A stretch of 60,608 bases of DNA, counting the filler. It is 2 parts of 2 records of this genome, joined end to end, with 100 filler letters (N's around TTAATTAATTAA, not from the genome) between each part and the next. Parts side by side here need not be neighbours in the genome. Positions count along the whole stretch, not along the records: positions 32,083 to 60,608 come from SRR22947727_2423; 1 more part is not named here. One strand, 5' to 3'. A program made the position numbers and the translations under genes. The notes under the pieces are model-generated. The model searched no databases and was not told where the DNA came from. It saw only the letters and a program-made list of their open reading frames with translations. Each line of letters opens with the position of its first letter. Positions within the stretch are counted from its first letter, which is position 1. This document shows, in pieces, positions 43,570-50,304 of this stretch.

Positions 43570-44180
43570 GGGCTTGTAATGTAATTAATAAGACGGAGGC
43601 TGTAGCATTAGCCTCCAATAAACTTACCTTCTTTAATCACCTGTCAGACAAGGATGTTAGAATTCCTGAGTGGACTGACAGAAAGGATGATGTACTAGAG
43701 GATGCTAGTACAGGTGAGGAAGGTAAGACTCTGTGGTTGGCTAGGACGATGCTGACAGGGAACAGTGGGCAAGGGATTGTCCTGATTAAAGGGGGCGATC
43801 AAGATGTTGTTGATGCCCCCCTCTACGTCAAATATGTACCCAAAAGGGATGAGTATAGGGTGCATGTCTTCCAAGGAGAGGTGTTGGATGTGCAAAGGAA
43901 GGCTAGGAACACGGAAGTTCCAGACGAAGGGGTTGACTGGCAGGTGAGGAATCATGCTAATGGCTTCATATTTGCTAGGAATGAAGATAGGGATGTTCCT
44001 GAGGATGTAATTGTACAGAGTAAGGCTGCTGTAGAGCATTGTGGCCTTGACTTTGGTGCTGTAGATGTTGTATGGAACGCTCGTAGAGAGCAGGCCTATG
44101 TATTAGAGATTAATACAGCCCCTGGCCTTACAGGAACCACCCTAGATAATTATGTGGAGGCTTTCCGTGGACTTACTTAA
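43413..44180 (+). CDS. ATP-grasp peptide ligase (RimK-like fold)
   Basis: INWG, SNKL, GNSGQGIV, KYVPKRDEYRVHVF, LDFGAVDV, LEINTAPGL. AGGAGG RBS. Confidence 0.88.
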   Translation: MRLYAYKQGSQSAKDLATALGIKRIRHNNSLYRPRAGHRLINWGSSNLPAPLRACNVINKTEAVALASNKLTFFNHLSDKDVRIPEWTDRKDDVLEDASTGEEGKTLWLARTMLTGNSGQGIVLIKGGDQDVVDAPLYVKYVPKRDEYRVHVFQGEVLDVQRKARNTEVPDEGVDWQVRNHANGFIFARNEDRDVPEDVIVQSKAAVEHCGLDFGAVDVVWNARREQAYVLEINTAPGLTGTTLDNYVEAFRGLT

Positions 44181-44454
44181 GCTTATCAAGGAGGGGGATA
44201 GTGTCCAGCTTGTTGAGGGGAGCCGTTACTTCACTGAGGCTGTATCTCGTAGCCAAATAAGGGGGGCAGCTGAGGTCAGTGATTTATCTACAGGGCTCTG
44301 GTACTGTGGGCCTGGGTTTAGGAAACATACCCTAAGATTTAGTGCCTCTGACTCTAGGAATGTGTCTAATAGCTACTCAGCAGTCGATGTTGTACCAGTT
44401 TTAGAGGACGTTTCTGCTAAAAAGGGGGTATATAATAATGCTCAACCTTTATAA
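44167..44454 (+). CDS. MLxLY-family microprotein 10 (divergent, 95 aa)
   Basis: GTG start after GGAGG. MDLLKLIKEGDSV...DVVPVL.... Confidence 0.6.
   Translation: MDLLKLIKEGDSVQLVEGSRYFTEAVSRSQIRGAAEVSDLSTGLWYCGPGFRKHTLRFSASDSRNVSNSYSAVDVVPVLEDVSAKKGVYNNAQPL
44406..44437 (+). promoter_or_regulatory. Conserved 32-bp promoter-like element, copy 2 (rightward)
   Basis: GGACGTTTCTGCTAAAAAGGGGGTATATAATA, includes TATAAT, 26/32 identical to the inverted copy at 35217-35248. Upstream of the replication block. Confidence 0.55.
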
Positions 44455-44623
44455 TAAGGGGGATGAGGTTCTGCTCACCTACGACGGCTCAAGTGTGACT
44501 GAGGATAGAGTTGTTCACGGTTGTTACCATGCAAGGAAGGGGCCTGCCTACGAGGTGGAGGATGTGTGCAGAGCCCATCCTGCCTACTGGGCTAAGAATC
44601 TTCTTCCGAGGTTAGTATGTTAG
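44438..44623 (+). CDS. MLxLY-family microprotein 11 (61 aa)
   Basis: MLNLYNKGDEV...NLLPRLVC*. Confidence 0.75.
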   Translation: MLNLYNKGDEVLLTYDGSSVTEDRVVHGCYHARKGPAYEVEDVCRAHPAYWAKNLLPRLVC

Positions 44624-44796
44624 ATTTATACAGAGCTGGTGACGTTGTCTACCACGGGGAAGGGCCAGGAACTCTGGAAGTGGCAGAGAGGTACCGTCCA
44701 ATTAATGATGGCTTAGCCTACGTGGCGAACTATTCAAAACCTTACAAACCCCTTGCGTATTGGGCAAGTGAATTTAGGCCAAAGCTACTATGTTAA
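44617..44796 (+). CDS. MLxLY-family microprotein 12 (59 aa)
   Basis: MLDLYRAGDVV...EFRPKLLC*, ATGTTAG overlap. Not in the ORF track. Confidence 0.75.
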   Translation: MLDLYRAGDVVYHGEGPGTLEVAERYRPINDGLAYVANYSKPYKPLAYWASEFRPKLLC

Positions 44797-44966
44797 ATTT
44801 ATATAGGCAAGAGGATCTTATAGGGGGTGTGAGGAACAAGTCGGAGATTAGGGTTAAGGGGGTGGTATCTCTGGGGGCCTCCCCTGTCTACTTACTGCAT
44901 AAACCTGGGTCCTCCGCTAAAGGAGCCCGCCGGGCAGGGGATTTTAAACCGAGGTTAGCATGTTAA
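44790..44966 (+). CDS. MLxLY-family microprotein 13 (58 aa)
   Basis: MLNLYRQEDLI...DFKPRLAC*, ATGTTAA overlap. Not in the ORF track. Confidence 0.75.
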   Translation: MLNLYRQEDLIGGVRNKSEIRVKGVVSLGASPVYLLHKPGSSAKGARRAGDFKPRLAC

Positions 44967-45157
44967 TGTTATATAAAGAGGGTGATTGTTTAGGAGATTG
45001 TTTAGGAGGGGATGGGGCTTGTTATGTTAGTTCTACGAAACGTGGGCCAGTCATTCCAGATAGAAAGGTCTTTCCAGGGATTCACGTCTCTATCCGAACA
45101 CTCGTTAAGACTCTTTACTTCTCTTCCCGAGTGATTAAACCAAGACTAGGAGGGTAA
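44960..45157 (+). CDS. MLxLY-family microprotein 14 (65 aa)
   Basis: MLMLYKEGDCLGDCL...VIKPRLGG*, ATGTTAA overlap. Internal 12-bp duplication GATTGTTTAGGA x2. Confidence 0.75.
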   Translation: MLMLYKEGDCLGDCLGGDGACYVSSTKRGPVIPDRKVFPGIHVSIRTLVKTLYFSSRVIKPRLGG

Positions 45158-45159
45158 TA

Positions 45160-46839
45160 TTGTCATTATGTCATGAAAAAATTCCACACACATGTGGATC
45201 TAGCGATGGGTTACAGGTGTTTGTTGATCCTGGAAACCCTGATAGTGAAGGTAGGGCCAAGGTAACTGGGTTTTGCTTTGCCTGCTCAACATACGTAGAT
45301 AATCCTTACGGAGACTCTCGTGAGGTTGATGTAACTACGGTTAAGGGCAAGAGTGAGGAAGAGATTGTGGCTGAGATGGAGGAGATTAACAACCTCTCTG
45401 TCTGTGACTTAGCTGTCCGAAAGCTTAGAGCTAACATGCTCGAAGAGTTTGGAGTTAAGGTTGGTGTCAGCCTGCAAGATGGTAAAACCCCCAGCTATGT
45501 GTTCTTCCCCTACACTAGTAAGGGCGAGATAGCTAAGTGGAAGGCTAGGTTGTTGTCTCCCAAGAGGATGTGGTCAGTTGGTAGCTGTAAGGACGTTGAC
45601 CTGTTCGGATGGGAGAGGGCCCTTAGGATGGGATCTAGGCGATTAATAATCGTAGAGGGGGAGTTTGATGCTGTAGCATTAGCTTCCATACTAGATCGCT
45701 ACACTAAGGAGCCCTATCGAGACAATATACCTGCTGTATGTAGCCTGCCACATGGAGCTGCTAGTGCTAAGAACCACCTGTCTAGGCTGTTGCCCAAGAT
45801 TAGGAAGAGTTTTAAGGAGGTTGCTTTCTGCTTTGATGACGATGAAGCGGGTAAGAAGGCCCTTAAAGATTGTTCTAAGCTCATGCCTGAAGCCCAAACA
45901 ATTGAACTGCCTGATAAAGATGCCAATGCTTGCATAGTAAACAACAAGCAGAAGGCTGCCTTTGCAGCTGCTCAGTTCAATTCTAAGAAGGTTAAGAACA
46001 CACGTATAGTGTGGGGTAGGGATGTCCATGAAAGTGCTAAGGTGCCGCCTGAGTGGGGCTTAAGCTGGCCTTGGGAAGGTTTCACTGATATCACTAGGGG
46101 GATTAGGTTTGGAGAAACCTACTACTTTGCTGGGGCCCCTAAGATGGGGAAGAGTGATGTAGTTAATGAGATTGGGGAGCACTTAATAGTTGAGCATGGT
46201 ATCAAATGCTTGTTCGCTAAGCCCGAAGAGTCTAACAACAAGACCTACAAATTATTACTAGGTAAGGTTGAAGGCAAGGTCTTCCATGATCCCAAGGTGG
46301 AGTTTGATGGGGATGCTTATGAAAGGGCTGGCAAGAGGATTATGGACAACATGTGCATGCTTGACCTCTTTCAGAACATCACCTATGAGATTTTGAAAGA
46401 GGACATAATTGAAGCAGCATCACATGGTTGTAAGGGTATCTTCGTTGATCCTATCACCAACTTAACTAATGGTATGGATACTAGTACAGCAAACACACAC
46501 CTACAGTATGTAGCACAGGACTTAGCGGCGTTAGCCAAAGATTTGGATTTAGCAATCTTCATCTTCTGTCATGTGAATAAGCAAGCTAAGGGCAGTGTTA
46601 GGTTTGACCGTGGGGGAGAGATCACTACGGATGACTTTGCTGGATCTTCTGCAATGGCTAGGTCTTGTAACTATGCAATTGCCTTACAAGGTAATAAGGA
46701 CAGGAACTTAGAGATTGAACAGAGGAACATGAGGGAGTTAGTAGTGCTAGCAGACCGAGAGTTCGGGGAATCTGGCAGTATACACATCTATTGGAACTAT
46801 AAAACACAACTTTACACTGAGGTTAAAGCCCATGATTGA
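45160..46839 (+). CDS. Phage DNA primase-helicase (T7 gp4-like)
   Basis: Zn finger (CGSSD...CFAC), TOPRIM (EGEFDA, FDDDEAG, KDANA), SF4 helicase (GAPKMGKS, FVDP, FCH). TTG start after AGGAGG. Confidence 0.93.
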   Translation: MSLCHEKIPHTCGSSDGLQVFVDPGNPDSEGRAKVTGFCFACSTYVDNPYGDSREVDVTTVKGKSEEEIVAEMEEINNLSVCDLAVRKLRANMLEEFGVKVGVSLQDGKTPSYVFFPYTSKGEIAKWKARLLSPKRMWSVGSCKDVDLFGWERALRMGSRRLIIVEGEFDAVALASILDRYTKEPYRDNIPAVCSLPHGAASAKNHLSRLLPKIRKSFKEVAFCFDDDEAGKKALKDCSKLMPEAQTIELPDKDANACIVNNKQKAAFAAAQFNSKKVKNTRIVWGRDVHESAKVPPEWGLSWPWEGFTDITRGIRFGETYYFAGAPKMGKSDVVNEIGEHLIVEHGIKCLFAKPEESNNKTYKLLLGKVEGKVFHDPKVEFDGDAYERAGKRIMDNMCMLDLFQNITYEILKEDIIEAASHGCKGIFVDPITNLTNGMDTSTANTHLQYVAQDLAALAKDLDLAIFIFCHVNKQAKGSVRFDRGGEITTDDFAGSSAMARSCNYAIALQGNKDRNLEIEQRNMRELVVLADREFGESGSIHIYWNYKTQLYTEVKAHD

Positions 46840-46981
46840 CAGCGTTAATAGAGAGAAAGAAGCTGAGCGTAAGGAGATTGAGCGTCAAACAGAGGAGTTT
46901 ATTAAGAAGGGAGGGGCTATCACTGAGGAGCCCATACGTAAGTATGAGCCTGAGAAGGCTTGGAATGGGGCTAAGAAGTAA
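46832..46981 (+). CDS. SutA-like RNA-polymerase-binding mini-protein (49 aa)
   Basis: Hand-translated MIDSVNREKEAERKEIERQTEEFIKKGGAITEEP..., matching the SutA core pattern K..ER......EEF...GG.[VI].E. GAGG RBS. Stop overlaps the sigma start (TAATG). Confidence 0.72.
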   Translation: MIDSVNREKEAERKEIERQTEEFIKKGGAITEEPIRKYEPEKAWNGAKK

Positions 46982-47472
46982 TGTCATTAGAGGTGTTGAC
47001 AGACTATTACGAGGGTAACTTTAACCATCTGGTGAACTCACTAGCTAGGTCTCCACAGATAACCCTTGAGGATGCTGAGGACATTGTACAAGATTCCTTT
47101 GAAAAGGGGATTAAGTATATCAATTCTTACAACAATTCAAGACCTTTCGAGGGCTGGTTCAGAGGCATCTTACAGAACTCTAGGAGTGACAAACTATCTG
47201 ACATTAATCATAAGGGCATGTCCCTTGAGTTTGAAGAGGAGGAAGATGGGGAGTTGTTTGAAAAGACTTTGTCTAAACAAATTCATGAAGACATTGCCAG
47301 TAAGCCAGACCCTATCAAGAAAGTTCTCGTCTACTATTATTATCATGGCCTAAACTCTGTTGAGATTGGTAGGATGGTGGGCAGGGCACAATCAACTATA
47401 AGAACTATAATAGGTAAGTTTAAAAAGGAGATAGGCAGCTATGATATTCGACATGGAGGCCAACGGCCTTAA
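46981..47472 (+). CDS. ECF-like RNA polymerase sigma factor
   Basis: Region 2 EDAEDIVQDSF...PFEGWFRGILQN, region 4 HTH YHGLNSVEIGRMVGRAQSTIRT. 163 aa. Confidence 0.85.
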   Translation: MSLEVLTDYYEGNFNHLVNSLARSPQITLEDAEDIVQDSFEKGIKYINSYNNSRPFEGWFRGILQNSRSDKLSDINHKGMSLEFEEEEDGELFEKTLSKQIHEDIASKPDPIKKVLVYYYYHGLNSVEIGRMVGRAQSTIRTIIGKFKKEIGSYDIRHGGQRP

Positions 47473-49291
47473 CCCTGATCGGATTCATGTACTATCTTAC
47501 GAGAAGAAAGGGAAGATTTACAGCACTTTCAATTATAACAAGATGCGTAAAATCCTAACCGAAGCTAGTACTCTTATTGGGCATAACATCATTAGGTTTG
47601 ATATACCTGCCCTTGAAAAAATTCTTAAGATTGAAATTAAAGCTAGGCTAATTGATACATTATCATTGTCTTGGTACTTAGAACCTGAAAGGAGATTGCA
47701 CGGACTGGAGAGCTGGGGAGAAGACTTTGGTGTCCCCAAGCCAGTTATTACAGACTGGGATAGCCTCACCCCTGAGGAGTATGAACACAGGTGTGAGGAG
47801 GATGTAAGGATTAACTCCAAGCTTTGGAAGAAGTTATGGAGGAAATTATTAAGACTCTATGGACAGCAGGAAGATGCAGATAGGCTTATTGACTATTTAA
47901 CTTTCAAGTTAGACTGTGCCAGAGAGCAGGAAAGATCAGGTTGGAGAGTTGACATTGGCCGTTGTGAGCGGGGAGTTAAAGAGCTGTCAGAGGCTTATGA
48001 CAAGCGTTATGCTCAACTGTTCGAGGCAATGCCCAAGGTTCCTAAGATTGTAGCTAGACATAAACCTTCTAAGCCGTACAAAATGGATGGTACATTAAGT
48101 GCAGCAGGGATGCGTTGGTTTAATCTGTGTGAAAGTCAAGGTGTCAAGAGTGATGGTCATGTACAAACCCTGAAGGAAGTTGTTGGGCATGTTGATCCAA
48201 ACCCAAGCTCAGTACCTCAGGTTAAAGCTTGGCTAGAGGATTTAGGTTGGAAGCCTAGAACCTTTAAATATAAACGAGAGTCTGATGGAAACTTTAAGAA
48301 GATTCCCCAGATTAAAAACAGTGATGGTGATGGCCTATGTCCGTCAGTGCTAGAGCTTAAGGGTAAGTGTGAAGCTATCGAAGCTCTTGATGGCATGGCA
48401 GTTATCAGTCATAGGAGGGCTATATTACTAGGCTTTTTAAAGGACGCCGATGACGAGGGCTACATACAGGCCCAGATTGGAGGGCTTACTAACACGCTTC
48501 GGTTCAAGCATAGGGTTGCTGTTAACCTCCCTGGGGTTAATCGTCCTTATGGTGGCCTTATACGTGGCTGCCTCATTGCTCCTGATGGTTATGAGCTTTG
48601 TGGTAGTGACATGAAGGGGCTAGAGGACAGGACGAAGCAGCATTATATGTGGCCCCATGATCCTGAGTATGTTAAGGAGATGTTGTCTGAGGACTTTGAC
48701 CCACACCTAGATATCGGCCTAGAGGCTGGCATGATGAGCAAAGATCAGGTGGAAGGTTATAAGTCTGGGGATGAGCTTCTTAAGAAGAAATTGGGCCCTG
48801 TTAGGCACGATGCCAAGCAGGTTAACTACTCATGCACCTATGGAATAACACCAGAGGGTTTGGTACGTAATTGTGGATGGCCTTTAAGTAAGGCTCAAAC
48901 ATTACATAAAACCTATTGGAAACGTAATTGGGCATTGAGGGCTATTGCTGATGAATGTAAAGTTAAAACTTGTGGGGGAGGCAAATGGTTATACAATCCG
49001 GTTAGTAAGTTTTGGTACAGCTTAAGGTCTGATAAGGACAGGTTCTCAACATTAAATCAAGGGACAGGGGTTTATTGCTTTGACACCTGGGTTAAATTTA
49101 TACGTAGTAAGAGGTCTCAGATGACTGCACAGTTCCATGATGAAGTGGTTATGTGTATCAAGAAGGGAGCGAGGGGTAAGTGTGAAGCACTATTAAAATG
49201 GGCTATTAAGAAGACAAACGAAACATTACAACTTGATAGGGAGCTTGATGTATCCCTAGACTTTGGAAGCAGCTACGCAGAAATTCATTAA
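47441..49291 (+). CDS. Family A DNA polymerase with 3'-5' exonuclease
   Basis: Exo I FDMEANG, GHNIIRFD, motif A GSDMKGLE, motif B RHDAKQVNYSCTYG, motif C QFHDE. Confidence 0.95.
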   Translation: MIFDMEANGLNPDRIHVLSYEKKGKIYSTFNYNKMRKILTEASTLIGHNIIRFDIPALEKILKIEIKARLIDTLSLSWYLEPERRLHGLESWGEDFGVPKPVITDWDSLTPEEYEHRCEEDVRINSKLWKKLWRKLLRLYGQQEDADRLIDYLTFKLDCAREQERSGWRVDIGRCERGVKELSEAYDKRYAQLFEAMPKVPKIVARHKPSKPYKMDGTLSAAGMRWFNLCESQGVKSDGHVQTLKEVVGHVDPNPSSVPQVKAWLEDLGWKPRTFKYKRESDGNFKKIPQIKNSDGDGLCPSVLELKGKCEAIEALDGMAVISHRRAILLGFLKDADDEGYIQAQIGGLTNTLRFKHRVAVNLPGVNRPYGGLIRGCLIAPDGYELCGSDMKGLEDRTKQHYMWPHDPEYVKEMLSEDFDPHLDIGLEAGMMSKDQVEGYKSGDELLKKKLGPVRHDAKQVNYSCTYGITPEGLVRNCGWPLSKAQTLHKTYWKRNWALRAIADECKVKTCGGGKWLYNPVSKFWYSLRSDKDRFSTLNQGTGVYCFDTWVKFIRSKRSQMTAQFHDEVVMCIKKGARGKCEALLKWAIKKTNETLQLDRELDVSLDFGSSYAEIH

Positions 49292-49302
49292 GAGGAAATT
49301 AA

Positions 49303-49962
49303 ATGCCATTAAACGCAAATAAAATTAAGAGTGAAGGTAAAGGCAATCGTGTTGAGCAGGAAGTTCTTGAGGCTGGGGCCTACAAGGCTCGTCTCGTACA
49401 GATTATTGACCTGGGCTTACAGCCACAACGGCCCTTCGATGGTAAGGAAAAGGAACCTGCATATAAGATTAGCATTACCTATGAGCTGCTAGATGAGTTC
49501 ATGGTTGATGAAGAGGGCAATGAGCTTGAGGATAAGCCTCGGTGGATCAGTGAGGAGATTAATGTGTTCTCCCTAGATGCTGACCGAGCTAAGTCAACTC
49601 AGCGCTACAAGGCCATTGATCCAGATGTGGAACATGGCGGGGACTTCTCCAAGTTATTAGGAGAGCCTTGTATGGTGACCATCGTTAACAACCCAGGTAA
49701 GGGTAAGAATGCAGGACGTACCTTTGCTAATGTATCTGGTATCAGTCAGATGCGGGCTAAGGATGCTTCTAAAGCTCCTGAGTTAGTTAATGAAGCAACC
49801 TTCCTAGACTTGGATGAGCCTGATCTAGATGTGTTTGAGAAGCTGCCTGACTTTATGAAGGATAAGATTACATCTAACCTTGAGTTCAAGGGCAGTGCTT
49901 TAGACAAGATGCTTAACGGCGCTACAGATGATAGTGGTGACAGCCAAGACGAGGAATGGTAA
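49303..49962 (+). CDS. Putative ssDNA-binding / replication accessory protein
   Basis: Between polymerase and exonuclease. Acidic tail ending in an aromatic residue (DSQDEEW), like T7 gp2.5-type SSBs. Confidence 0.6.
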   Translation: MPLNANKIKSEGKGNRVEQEVLEAGAYKARLVQIIDLGLQPQRPFDGKEKEPAYKISITYELLDEFMVDEEGNELEDKPRWISEEINVFSLDADRAKSTQRYKAIDPDVEHGGDFSKLLGEPCMVTIVNNPGKGKNAGRTFANVSGISQMRAKDASKAPELVNEATFLDLDEPDLDVFEKLPDFMKDKITSNLEFKGSALDKMLNGATDDSGDSQDEEW

Positions 49963-49995
49963 TTGACAGACAATAATAATAATAAAGGAACTGGT

Positions 49996-50304
49996 ATGAT
50001 TGGTAATGATAGCTTTGCAGTGGTGCTTGAAGAAGTGGCTGACGTAGAGAATGAAGAGAACGCCCTGTCAGAAGGAACTCAAGTTTATGTGGCGGGGGAA
50101 GCCTTTGTGGGGATTGATGAGAATGATCCTTACATCCTACGGAGGGTGTTAATCTGTGCAGCCATTGTAGATGGACATGTGGAGCCTGACCGTAATCCTT
50201 ACATTGTTAATGGCCTCAAGCTTGAAGTTATTGAGGATGATAAGGAGCTGAGGGAAACATTCATCGAGGACTTTGCCCCTAAAGAAGATGACGTGGAGCA
50301 CTAA
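49996..50304 (+). CDS. Acidic phage hypothetical protein
   Basis: AAGGA RBS, TAATG coupling to the exonuclease. Confidence 0.7.
   Translation: MIGNDSFAVVLEEVADVENEENALSEGTQVYVAGEAFVGIDENDPYILRRVLICAAIVDGHVEPDRNPYIVNGLKLEVIEDDKELRETFIEDFAPKEDDVEH

Noticed and set aside
43040-44966. C-terminal Cys of five microproteins as a dedicated modification site
   Set aside because: The overlap geometry (xxA-TGY-stop over ATG-YTR) explains it. It is not independent evidence, though a function is not excluded.
35456-45157. Microprotein arrays as a DGR, integron or CRISPR array
   Set aside because: No reverse transcriptase or near-identical TR/VR pair, no integrase or attC palindromes, and no exact DNA repeats. 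Conservation is degenerate and follows codons.
46836-47018. Track ORF MTALIERKKL... (60 aa)
   Set aside because: It shadows the better-supported SutA-like ORF 46832-46981, which has an ATG, RBS and coupling to both neighbours.
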